Source: an uncultured delta proteobacterium (GTDB taxonomy: Bacteria > Desulfobacterota > Desulfobacteria > Desulfobacterales > JAFDCJ01). Taken from it: a stretch of 64,000 nucleotides of DNA. Under the pieces are notes generated by a model. That model was not told the origin of the DNA and ran no database searches. It saw only the letters and a program-made list of their open reading frames with translations. A program made the translations under genes and the position numbers. The stretch lies in contig CAVYNY010000022.1 of NCBI GenBank assembly GCA_963769935.1, forward strand, positions 320,001 through 384,000, in the 5' to 3' direction. Positions 19,984-29,481 of the stretch are shown piece after piece (the stretch's first letter is position 1; each line of letters starts with the position of its first letter).

Positions 19984-21458
19984 CCGAGTGACCTCAGGGC
20001 TTTGTAAGCATACATCTGGCAGTACCATTCCTTGGAAATTTCGATTATATTCAGGATCGGTCGAATGGCGCGGGGATCTTTTCGCAGCCCGAGAGAATAA
20101 AGCGCCATGGTTCGAACATTGAGATTTTGGTCCTGCAGTAATTTCAGCAAATCATCAAAAGTTCCAGGTTGTCGGCTGTAAGCCAAAGTTTTTGCCAGCC
20201 AATAGCGTTCCTGGGGGGACCCGCTGTTGATCAGGTGCGGATATTCCGCATAACCGGCGATGTCCAACTTTTTGTGCTGGATCATTTTTAATGCCGCCAC
20301 CCGAATTTGCCAGCGGTCGGATCGCAGAGCTTCGGCTATATTTTGAATCCGGATACTGCTGCTTCGATTTGACTGGAAATAAGCAAGTACGATGATGCCC
20401 ATAAGCAGACAAATAATTGAAGCCGTCAGGGACGCCGGTTTCCGTCCCATAATGAAGCAGCCCGGATAATAGAAAGCAGCATGCAAAAATGTATAGATCA
20501 ATATCGGAAAGCCTATTAAAATGGATAAAAAAGTCAATTGCCGAAATTTTGCCTGGCGGTCTGTTTTTTCCGAATAGCTTTTCAAGATACTTCGTGGATC
20601 GGATAAAAACCGATTTATGGAAGCCCGGAGAATTTCATGCCCATCATCTTCAAACGATATCTGATCATCCTTCCGATGGATGACCACATCGACCGTGGTG
20701 GTATTATCTAATGGCAGATAATCGTTGTCTATCAACTTTCGATCGAGTTTTATTTTGATTGATCGATCGTGGAGGTCTTTCAAACCGCTGGTTTTGATAA
20801 TCTTTTGATCCAGCGCTTTAAAAGCTTCGGCTGGATAAAGCGTATAAGTATAATAGAAATTACTGAATTTTCTACCATACAAATTGGATAAAAGAAGGTT
20901 GTCCCTAAGATCCAGAAACATCGCATTATCAAATTGGGTGAACCACACCAGGGCAAGCAACGGCAGGGGAATTAAATGAACCAGGAGACGCTTTCGATCT
21001 GATTGCATGTCTGTGATTTCGCGTTTAGCAGTCAATGTAAAAACTACGGGCGTAATAAATAGAAAATACAAGGTGGGCATCAGGCTGAATCCGCGGCTAT
21101 TTACCAAAATCATCAAGCCAATCCATATAAGCTGAAAAAATATGAATGCCGGTTTCCTGCGCAAAAAAATGCGAACCCATATCCAGGCTGCTGCCATTGC
21201 GCCAAGGGAAATGCCGGCCCCGATGGTAAATGTGAAAAAAAGACCGCCCCAAAAGGCCGGAGCAAAATCTCGCAGACCGTTCATCACCAGTTTGTTGGGT
21301 ATGGCAAGATAGCCGGCTGAATTTATGTTGGATAAAGTATGATACAGTTCGAGGTTTGATAGGTATACCTGAATGGTGGCTATAATCTGGGCAATGAATA
21401 GCCCGCCAATGAGAATGACGACCGGGTGAGATGTGTATAAGGGTTTCAGTTTAATCAT
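19959..21458 (-). CDS. Polytopic membrane protein with C-terminal HEAT repeats
   Basis: Several TM helices; C-terminal WQIRVAAL, LLKLLQDQNLNVRTMALYSLG, AYKAL. Confidence 0.7.
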   Translation of the reverse strand: MIKLKPLYTSHPVVILIGGLFIAQIIATIQVYLSNLELYHTLSNINSAGYLAIPNKLVMNGLRDFAPAFWGGLFFTFTIGAGISLGAMAAAWIWVRIFLRRKPAFIFFQLIWIGLMILVNSRGFSLMPTLYFLFITPVVFTLTAKREITDMQSDRKRLLVHLIPLPLLALVWFTQFDNAMFLDLRDNLLLSNLYGRKFSNFYYTYTLYPAEAFKALDQKIIKTSGLKDLHDRSIKIKLDRKLIDNDYLPLDNTTTVDVVIHRKDDQISFEDDGHEILRASINRFLSDPRSILKSYSEKTDRQAKFRQLTFLSILIGFPILIYTFLHAAFYYPGCFIMGRKPASLTASIICLLMGIIVLAYFQSNRSSSIRIQNIAEALRSDRWQIRVAALKMIQHKKLDIAGYAEYPHLINSGSPQERYWLAKTLAYSRQPGTFDDLLKLLQDQNLNVRTMALYSLGLRKDPRAIRPILNIIEISKEWYCQMYAYKALRSLGWKQTKSP

Positions 21459-21602
21459 ATTTAATCATTTTTTCGTAATAAATGAAAAGAGTCAAGTGCC
21501 GAAAGTGATTAGCGGTCGATAGAAAATTTGATAAATACCCAGTATTATGATATATTTTGAAGAACTTGAGGTAACTTTGGGATTCGGTTTTGATCTGAAT
21601 AA

Positions 21603-23051
21603 ATGCAACTAAGCAAAATTACAACCATTGCCGCGATTTTTCTAACTTTATCTATCATCAGCAAGGCTGTTATCGCCGGTGAACTTATTCAGCTCGCCGG
21701 GGTTATGCACGTCCACTCGACCTATAGCTCGGGTCGGTATTCCATTGAAGCGCTGGTTGCCAGAGCCGGGGAGAAACACCTCGAGGTCCTGGTTTTAACC
21801 GATCATGACTTGGTAGCTATGGAATACGGGCTTTTTCCTTTCAGAAACCTCATTAAAAAAAGAGAGGAAAGAAAATCGGTTCTGCAAGCCGGACCGCTGA
21901 AGTTTATATCAGAGATCGAGCGATTAAACAAACAGCAGCAATCCGTATTGATTATCCCCGGGGTTCAATCTTCGCCTTTCTACTACTGGGAAGGAAATCC
22001 TTTTGGCAAAGGGCTTAGCGCCCATAATTACCGCAAAGAACTTTTGCTCGTCGGCATGTCTTCCCCTGATGACTACGATAATTTGCCCCTGTTGCACGGC
22101 GGATTTTCAATCCGTTATGTGAAGGATCTCCTGCCCAGATTCATGATTTTTTTTGCGGTTTTCATATTATCGATTTACCTTATATCCCAAAAAGGCAAAA
22201 CCAGATTATGGGGTTTGGTCATTGCATTATTGAGCATTGCTCTGATGGTTGACCATCACCCCTTTAAAAGCTCCCGATTTGACGCGTACCATGGAGATCA
22301 GCGTACGGCACCCTACCAGGAGGTTATCGATTACGTGGGTTCGCGCGGTGGGCTTGTATTCTGGGCTCATCCGGAATCCAATTATTCTAAAGCCGGTGTT
22401 GAACTGGGCCCAATTAAGATGGTGACGGAACATTATCCGGCTGACCTGGTTGAGTCGAAAAACTACACCGGTTTTGCCGCTATATACGGAGACAGCTCGA
22501 GCGCAGGCAAGGCCGGCAGGTATTGGGACCAAGTCTTGCTGGATTACTGCAAAGGGAATAGGAATCATCCTGCCTGGGCCATTGCAGGGGCGGATTTTCA
22601 TGAAGAACAAAAAGGATTTGATCTGGATACGTTTCAGACGATATTCCTGGTCAAAAATAAGCGCCCCAAAGAGGTGCTCCAGGCCCTTGAACACGGTCGC
22701 ATCTATGCCGTGAGAAAATCGGAAGGCATGCGGCTCGCCCTCGATCAATTTCAGATAAAGGATAAAAGTACCGGCAAAACGGTCATCATGGGAGAGGAAA
22801 TGAACGCCAGAGGAGCACCCGTTGTCGAAGGACGATTATCAGCCTCAGACAACGGCAGGCATGCGGTGAGCGTTTCCGTCATAAGAGGCGGCCAGCAAGC
22901 CTGGTTCTTTGAGGGGCAAACCCCCCTCGATTTTCAGTTGGCGGATCAGGGCCAATGGCGCGGCAAGACCTTCTATCGGCTGGAAGTGAAGGGTCGGGAA
23001 GGAGGGTATTTGCTGTCAAATCCAATATTTGTAACGCGGACTAATGATTGA
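21603..23051 (+). CDS. PHP-domain (metallo-phosphoesterase-like) protein with signal peptide and internal TM hairpin
   Basis: MHVHSTYS, LTDHD, WAHP, AGADFH metal-ligand motifs. Confidence 0.75.
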   Translation: MQLSKITTIAAIFLTLSIISKAVIAGELIQLAGVMHVHSTYSSGRYSIEALVARAGEKHLEVLVLTDHDLVAMEYGLFPFRNLIKKREERKSVLQAGPLKFISEIERLNKQQQSVLIIPGVQSSPFYYWEGNPFGKGLSAHNYRKELLLVGMSSPDDYDNLPLLHGGFSIRYVKDLLPRFMIFFAVFILSIYLISQKGKTRLWGLVIALLSIALMVDHHPFKSSRFDAYHGDQRTAPYQEVIDYVGSRGGLVFWAHPESNYSKAGVELGPIKMVTEHYPADLVESKNYTGFAAIYGDSSSAGKAGRYWDQVLLDYCKGNRNHPAWAIAGADFHEEQKGFDLDTFQTIFLVKNKRPKEVLQALEHGRIYAVRKSEGMRLALDQFQIKDKSTGKTVIMGEEMNARGAPVVEGRLSASDNGRHAVSVSVIRGGQQAWFFEGQTPLDFQLADQGQWRGKTFYRLEVKGREGGYLLSNPIFVTRTND

Positions 23052-23070
23052 TATTTGAAGAGGAAAAGAC

Positions 23071-23763
23071 TTGATTGTCGCAGTCCATCAACCGCAGTAT
23101 CTTCCCTGGCTCGGCTATTTTGACAAAATCCGACAGGCGGATGTGTTCTGTTATCTGGACGATGTGCAGTACAAAAAGAATGATTGGCAAAACCGCAACC
23201 GGATCAAAACTGCCCAGGGTTGGCAATGGTTGACGGTTCCGGTGCACTATCGCTTTCCGCAAAAATTAAACGAAGTGACAATCAACAATGCTGTCAACTG
23301 GAAGAATAAACATCTTCAAACGCTGGTCACCAACTTTAATCGTGCGCCGTTTTTTAGAGAGTTTGCGAAACTTTTTGAGCAGGTCTATTCAGAAGACTGG
23401 AAATTTCTGTCGGCTTTAAACATTGCTTTAATTGAACGCCTGAAGGCAGCGTTCGGCGTTGGGCAAGTGCCGGCGGTTAAATCCTCAGAATTCAGCCTGA
23501 GACAAGATCCCACGGATCGGCTAATCGATATATGTAAGGAATTAAAAGCCGACACCTATCTGTCGGGACCGGACGGCGTCAACTATATGGATCTGGATCG
23601 CTTTGAGCAAAACGGTATTCAAGTTGTCGTTCAGGAGTTTACGCATCCGGTCTATCCGCAGATTTTCAACGAATTCCAGTCGCATATGTCGGTCGTGGAT
23701 CTATTGTTTAACTGCGGCTCAGAAGGCCTTGAGAGAATAGTTGAGGTAAATCCGATTAACTAG
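23071..23763 (+). CDS. WbqC family protein
   Basis: HQPQYLPWLGYFDKI, DDVQY, NRNRIKT, YLSG, SVVDLLFN. Confidence 0.9.
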   Translation: MIVAVHQPQYLPWLGYFDKIRQADVFCYLDDVQYKKNDWQNRNRIKTAQGWQWLTVPVHYRFPQKLNEVTINNAVNWKNKHLQTLVTNFNRAPFFREFAKLFEQVYSEDWKFLSALNIALIERLKAAFGVGQVPAVKSSEFSLRQDPTDRLIDICKELKADTYLSGPDGVNYMDLDRFEQNGIQVVVQEFTHPVYPQIFNEFQSHMSVVDLLFNCGSEGLERIVEVNPIN

Positions 23764-23829
23764 ACATATTAGAAGATTCTCAACTGGTCAACTTTTCAAC
23801 CACTTACGGACATTTCGAACGAGGGTCTT

Positions 23830-24453
23830 ATGGAGAAAGTCAACATTCTGGCAATCGGCGCCCATCCTGATGATATAGAATTTGGTTGCGGCGGTGCTTT
23901 AATCAAATATACCCGGAAAGGCCACCGATTATTTTTGCTGGTGATGACCGGTGGAGGCCTGGGAGGGTCATCTTCCGTGCGGATGAAGGAACAGCAGGCT
24001 TCCGGGAAAATACTGGGTGCCGAAAAAATTTTCTGGGGCGGCTATGAAGACACCCACCTGATTGTGGATATAGATCTGATCGGCAAGATCGAAGCCGTAA
24101 TCGCTGAGGTCAAGCCGGATTTCATCTTCTGCAGCTTTCCGGACGACACCCACCAGGATCACCGCCACCTTGCGCAGGCGATCATGTCGGCCACCCGTTA
24201 CATTCGAAACGTATTATTTTACGAGGGACCGACGACCCAAAACTTCAATCCCCAGGTATTTGTGGATATATCCGATACTCTGGAAATGAAGGTTGAAGCT
24301 TTAAAAGCGCACAATTCCCAGGTTATGAAAACCAACATTGAAGATTTATCCATTGTCGAAGTCGCGCGCTCCAGCGCCAATTTTCGCGGTATTCAGGGGA
24401 GGGTGAAGTATGCCGAGGCGTTTCATTCTCTGAGATTATTTATTAACATTTAA
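23830..24453 (+). CDS. PIG-L/LmbE family deacetylase
   Basis: AHPDDIEFGCGG, DTHQDH, AEAF. Confidence 0.9.
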   Translation: MEKVNILAIGAHPDDIEFGCGGALIKYTRKGHRLFLLVMTGGGLGGSSSVRMKEQQASGKILGAEKIFWGGYEDTHLIVDIDLIGKIEAVIAEVKPDFIFCSFPDDTHQDHRHLAQAIMSATRYIRNVLFYEGPTTQNFNPQVFVDISDTLEMKVEALKAHNSQVMKTNIEDLSIVEVARSSANFRGIQGRVKYAEAFHSLRLFINI

Positions 24454-24487
24454 TTTCCGAATTGGCCGATAATCGAATTGGTAGCAA

Positions 24488-25606
24488 ATGAATTGTCTAT
24501 TAACTGAACTAGTATCCAGTGTGGATCCAATCGTGATTAATCAAGGTAAAGTAGAAAAAGATATTATTCCGCATTCCAAGCCGACATTAGGGACGGAAGA
24601 ATCCCGGGCTGTCGCCGAAGTTATCGAGTCGGGCTACATCGCGGAGGGGAAAATTGTAAAAAAATTTGAAAGGGCCTTTGCGGAATTCTTAGGGGTTGAA
24701 TATGCAATGAGCACCGGTTCGGGTACCTCAGCGCTGCACTTAACGCTGCTCGCAATGGGGGTGGGGCCGGGGGATGAGGTGATTCTGCCCAGCTATGTTT
24801 GCAGTGCCTTGTTAAATGCGGTTAATTATACGGGGGCCACCCCGATTCTGGCGGAAATTTCCCCCGCCACCTATAACCTTGATGCGGCGGATCTTAAAAA
24901 ACACCTGAGCAAACGCACCCGTGCGATCATCGTCCCCCACCTTTTCGGACTGGCCGCGGATTTGGAATCGATCCTTGCACTGAATGTACCGATTATAGAA
25001 GATTGCGCGCAGGCCGTCGGCACCGTTTATCACCGGCGACCGGTGGGGACTTTTGGTCAAGCGGCGGTCTTCTCTTTCTATGCCACCAAAGTGATGACCA
25101 CGGGGGAAGGCGGCATGGTGGTTTCAAATTCGAGGAAAATCGCCGATCGGATCAGGGACCTGAAATCTTATGACCGCAAAGAATATTATAAAATCCGGTT
25201 CAACTACAAAATGACCGATATCCAGGCGGCCCTGGGTTTGGTTCAACTGGGGCGATTGGAATACTTCATACGGCGTCGCCAGGCGATTGCCCATAAATAC
25301 AGCAGCACATTTAGTTCATATGACCTGAAGCTTCCCCCGGCCGAAAACGGGCATATCTATTTTCGTTATGTGCTTGGTTTAAATAATAATTCAACACCCT
25401 GGATCCAGGCGCTTTCCCAAATGGGAATTGCCAGTGATCGACCGGTGCATCTTCCTCTTCACCGCTACCTGAATTTACAGGGATATCCCCTCACAGAGGA
25501 TGCCTGGCGAAATTCGATTTCGATTCCTATTTATCCCAGGCTCACTAAAGAAGAAATTAACCGGGTGGTGGACGGCGTAACGACTTGCCATAAGAAATTC
25601 TGTTAA
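24488..25606 (+). CDS. DegT/DnrJ/EryC1/StrS PLP-dependent sugar aminotransferase
   Basis: GTSALHL, IIEDCAQAVG, SFYATKVMTTGEGG; start codon uncertain. Confidence 0.9.
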   Translation: MNCLLTELVSSVDPIVINQGKVEKDIIPHSKPTLGTEESRAVAEVIESGYIAEGKIVKKFERAFAEFLGVEYAMSTGSGTSALHLTLLAMGVGPGDEVILPSYVCSALLNAVNYTGATPILAEISPATYNLDAADLKKHLSKRTRAIIVPHLFGLAADLESILALNVPIIEDCAQAVGTVYHRRPVGTFGQAAVFSFYATKVMTTGEGGMVVSNSRKIADRIRDLKSYDRKEYYKIRFNYKMTDIQAALGLVQLGRLEYFIRRRQAIAHKYSSTFSSYDLKLPPAENGHIYFRYVLGLNNNSTPWIQALSQMGIASDRPVHLPLHRYLNLQGYPLTEDAWRNSISIPIYPRLTKEEINRVVDGVTTCHKKFC

Positions 25607-25815
25607 ACCTATCAAGTAATTTTAACTACCACATTCTTTAATTTTTCGGTCAGTTAGAAGAATATCACCAGCATCCTCATAACTGGCATAAAAATGACCT
25701 TCCTGTAAATAATTCGCCACATTTTTGACAACCTAAAATTGACCGGCTAATTCAATATTTTTCATTATTTATAAAAATATTGAATAGTTACATGTCAGAT
25801 TCGTATAAGGATAAA

Positions 25816-25831
25816 TGGCACGAATTGTGCA
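25816..25831 (+). promoter_or_regulatory. Sigma-54 (-24/-12) promoter upstream of the WecA-like gene
   Basis: TGGCACGAATTGTGCA with correct GG-N10-GC spacing, in an AT-rich intergenic gap. Confidence 0.65.
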
Positions 25832-26067
25832 AAAAAACCTAAAGTATATCGATGTTCCTGAATTTTGCGAGTTTGAAAAATTTTTGCTATTTTTTTCTTA
25901 ATATTTTAGCAAAGTTGCCGATAACAAAAGTGATGACGAAAGGATTTCCGGTTGTTCATCAGCAAGACCTGTCAAATGCTACTGAAATCATTACCAATTG
26001 AACGATAACCTCTAAATCGATCCGGTAAAATCCGGTATTGAGAATTCGTAAAATTCATTTAATTACA

Positions 26068-27339
26068 ATGAAATCCAGCACCTTCGTCGATCACTGGGAA
26101 ACCGAAAACAATCGCATTGCGCTTGTGGTGCAAAACAGCACCGATGAACTCGATGTGCGATCGAACCCTTTGGGCATTCGCTGGTATTTGTTCCTACCGC
26201 CGGTGGTCCTGACCGGTGCACTGCTGATACCCCAGGTTAGAGAGTTATTCCTGCAAGCCGGATGGCGGTGGGCCCATGTCATGTTGCTGTCGTTTGGAAT
26301 TTCATTTAGCCTGAACCCGGTATTTGCTAAAATTGCTTTTAATCTAAACATGCTTGATCGGCCCAATCAAAGAAAGTCTCATCAGGCGGCCACGCCGCTG
26401 CTCGGTGGGGCTGCCGTATTTTCAGGGTTTTTAGGCGCCTTGTTGATAAACGGGATTTTTTCCGTTGAACTGGGTGCCATCCTGATTGCATCACTAATCC
26501 TTTTCGCAGTCGGGGTTTTAGATGACTATAAAGAAATCTCTGCCGGAATAAAACTGCTGGCGCAGATAATTTGCACACTTCTGGTCGTAAGCTGCGGAAT
26601 TGTTTTACGGGTCATTCCAACTGATTTCGGTATTTTTTCTCAAATGGGCAATACGGTGTTAACCATCATCTGGGTCATTGGAATTACCAATGCCATGAAC
26701 TTTTTTGACGGAATGGACGGCCTGGCCGCCGGCCTGGGAGCCTTAATCGCATTTTTTCTTGGTGTGGTCGCGTTCCAGACCGCCCAACCATTCATCGGCT
26801 GGATCGCGGTTGCCATGATGGGAGGCTGTATCGGATTTCTACCCTATAATTTCAAAATCAAGGGCAATGCAGCCATTTTTCTTGGAGATGCAGGAAGCAC
26901 CATCATCGGATTCATCCTGGCCTGTGTCGCCGTTTATGGGGACTGGGCGGAAGGCAATCCGGTTGTTGCGTTGATTTCTCCTCTTTTAATATTCTGGGTA
27001 CTTGTTTTTGACATGGTACATATTACCGTGGATCGCATCATGAGCGGTAAGGTTCTCAGCTTTCGACAGTGGATTGAATATGTGGGACAAGACCACCTTC
27101 ACCACCGACTGGCGCATGCGCTGGGAAGCAATAAGCGGAGCGTGCTCTTCATTTATTCGCTCAGCCTTTGTCTGGGCATCAGTGCCGTAGCACTGCGTAA
27201 TGCGCGGGTCGTTGATGCGGTTTTGCTTATTTTTCAAGCAGCTATCCTGGTGGTGCTGATTACTTTTCTGGAAAGAAGGAGACGGATGCCAAACAGACCG
27301 CTGGATTCAAACATCCAACCGGGATGTTGGTTGAAATAG
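26068..27339 (+). CDS. wecA: MraY/WecA-family undecaprenyl-phosphate HexNAc-1-phosphate transferase
   Basis: RKSHQAATPLLGG, VGVLDD, NAMNFFDGMDGL, IFLGDAGS, HLHHRL. Confidence 0.85.
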   Translation: MKSSTFVDHWETENNRIALVVQNSTDELDVRSNPLGIRWYLFLPPVVLTGALLIPQVRELFLQAGWRWAHVMLLSFGISFSLNPVFAKIAFNLNMLDRPNQRKSHQAATPLLGGAAVFSGFLGALLINGIFSVELGAILIASLILFAVGVLDDYKEISAGIKLLAQIICTLLVVSCGIVLRVIPTDFGIFSQMGNTVLTIIWVIGITNAMNFFDGMDGLAAGLGALIAFFLGVVAFQTAQPFIGWIAVAMMGGCIGFLPYNFKIKGNAAIFLGDAGSTIIGFILACVAVYGDWAEGNPVVALISPLLIFWVLVFDMVHITVDRIMSGKVLSFRQWIEYVGQDHLHHRLAHALGSNKRSVLFIYSLSLCLGISAVALRNARVVDAVLLIFQAAILVVLITFLERRRRMPNRPLDSNIQPGCWLK

Positions 27340-27489
27340 GTCTATTGAAATTATCGCGCGAGTGAATGTTTCGATATTTGTGACGAAATTTTGTCATAAC
27401 GCCGCCGCCTTGCGGCAAAATTGATGTGCTTGGAAATGCTATCTTTTTTAAACCTAAATTGGAGAAGCTGGCTATAGCGTTGGTGGATC

Positions 27490-28564
27490 ATGAGCCTGGT
27501 AGAATTTCGCAACATGGATAATAAAGCTCAGAATAAAAGCAATCCCAAGGCAAAGCAGGATCTGAAGTTGAGCTTTAGCAAACTTGCTGCCGCCCGAGGT
27601 AAACTCGCTGCAGCGAGTCGGCCAACGGTCACTGCGCCCCCTCAACCAACCAGCAACAACCATAACCGCAAAGATCTGTACGGTAAAGCCAGCGTTTATT
27701 TAAACCAGGTGCTGAGCGCCGTTAAAAACCGCAGGAGTTTCGCGCTGGAGCCGGGATTTCGAATTTTGCAGAAAATGGCCGCGGGGACCCACCCAGGTGA
27801 CGAACTGTTTATCATGGCGATTCATCTGGATGATCGGTTTAAGTATGTGATCCACCACAGTATTAACGTTGCTATTTATTCCCTTAAAATGGCGGATGAT
27901 TTGGGGTTTGATCACTCCCGCAAACTGGAACTATCCATGGCGGCTTTATTGCATGATATCGGCATGGCAGTTATTCCGGATAAAATTCTTTACAAGCAGG
28001 ATGAACTCAGCCCGCAGGAAATTAACATCCTCAGGGAACGTCCCAATTACAGTTACAAAATTCTGCGATCATTTGGGGATGGGTTCGCATACCTGGCTGA
28101 AAGTGCTGCCCAAGTTTATGAAAGAATCGATGGGTCGGGATATCCGCGAGGAGTCTGAAAGGGAGACGAAATTCATGAATATGCCCAGATTATAGGACTG
28201 CTGGATATGTATGAAGCGCTTATTCACTCCCGACCCCAGAGGGACAAATTGACGCATTTTACTGCCGTCAAGGAGGTGATCAATACCTGTAAAAATCGGT
28301 TTCAGCGCAAGCATCTGAAGTCTTTATTGAGCATATTTACCGTTTTTCCGATTCACAGCTATGTTCGCCTCAACTCCAACGCGATCGGCAAGGTGATTGA
28401 GACCTATGCTGATCAACCCATGCGTCCCAAGCTTCAGATCATATACGATTCACAGCGACGAAAAGTTTTAACGGAAAGAATCGTTGATTCTACCGGAAAA
28501 TCCACTTTTAAATATTGTCGATTCGGTACCTGAATCTGAAATTCAGGAACTTGGCAAATTATAA
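27490..28564 (+). CDS. HD-GYP domain protein with degenerate metal ligands; in-frame TGA at 28156 and a +1 frameshift near 28484
   Basis: HHSINVA, LLHDIG, YERIDGSGYPRG; continues in frame past the TGA as KGDEIHEYAQIIGLLDMYEAL..RPQR; repaired tail IVILPENPLLNIVDSV. Confidence 0.75.
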
Positions 28565-28678
28565 TTTTTCAATAAGGGATCGGCCGGCCTCAGGGTTAAG
28601 CAAGTATAGCGATTACATATGGATGGATTGCTTTGCTCTGCAGGTTTTTTCATCCGGTATCAGAGCAAAGGTGTTTTT

Positions 28679-29479
28679 ATGTATTTAGAGCATTGGGAAC
28701 TTCAAAAAACGCCTTTTGGGAATGTGCCGTCACGCAGTGTTTTTTACCGCTCGCCTCAACATGAAGAGGCGCTCCGTAGGCTGCTGTATGTGGTCGAGCA
28801 CCGCAAAGGGGTTGCGATGTTGACCGGTGAGGTCGGTTGCGGCAAGACAACCGTCATCCGGGCCCTCGAAGAGCACCTTGACAAAGACAAGTATCAATTT
28901 CAGACGATTTCCAATCCCGCCCTGCAGCCAACCGACCTGATCAAAGCGATTTTGTTAAAGCTGGGTGGAAGCTCGGATAACGGCTCCAAGACGGACTTGC
29001 TTGAGCGGTTGCACCAGCATTTATTTCAAAACGCCGCGAAGGGGGTCAATACGGTTCTGGCGATAGATGAAGCCCATGTTATCGGCAATCAAGCCACGTT
29101 GGACGAACTGCGGATGTTGCTCAACATTCAGTCCGATGATGAGTTTTTGATTACCCTGATTTTGCTCGGACAACCGCCGCTGTTGAAAAATATCTCCGAT
29201 TTGCAGCCGTTGAAGGAGAGAATCAGCATCAAGTTCAACCTTGAACCGATGGATATGCGCAACACTCTCAATTATGTCGTGCACCGTTTAAAATGGGCCG
29301 GGGCGACGCGCGGTATTTTTTCCCGAGAAGCAATTGAGGCCCTTTATGAATTTGCGGGGGGATTGCCGCTGCGCATCAACAACCTGTGTGACCGCTGTCT
29401 GCTGGTTGGTTTGATGCGCCAGGCCAGAATTGTAGATACTAAAATCGTGCACGACGCCATCGAAGACATGGAATCATAG
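28679..29479 (+). CDS. ExeA-like AAA ATPase (similar to ATPases of EPS/PEP-CTERM loci)
   Basis: MYLEHWEL..PF, GEVGCGKTT, AIDEAH, LLGQP, G.PLRINNLCDRCLL. Confidence 0.88.
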   Translation: MYLEHWELQKTPFGNVPSRSVFYRSPQHEEALRRLLYVVEHRKGVAMLTGEVGCGKTTVIRALEEHLDKDKYQFQTISNPALQPTDLIKAILLKLGGSSDNGSKTDLLERLHQHLFQNAAKGVNTVLAIDEAHVIGNQATLDELRMLLNIQSDDEFLITLILLGQPPLLKNISDLQPLKERISIKFNLEPMDMRNTLNYVVHRLKWAGATRGIFSREAIEALYEFAGGLPLRINNLCDRCLLVGLMRQARIVDTKIVHDAIEDMES

Positions 29480-29481
29480 CC

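Noticed and set aside
25683..25698. Second sigma-54 site (CTGGCATAAAAATGAC)
   Set aside because: It lacks the GC at the required GG-N10-GC spacing.
28156..28158. In-frame TGA in the HD-GYP gene as selenocysteine
   Set aside because: This is not a Cys position in the family, it adds an extra codon relative to the GYPxGLKG consensus, and it lies in a region with other insertion-type anomalies.
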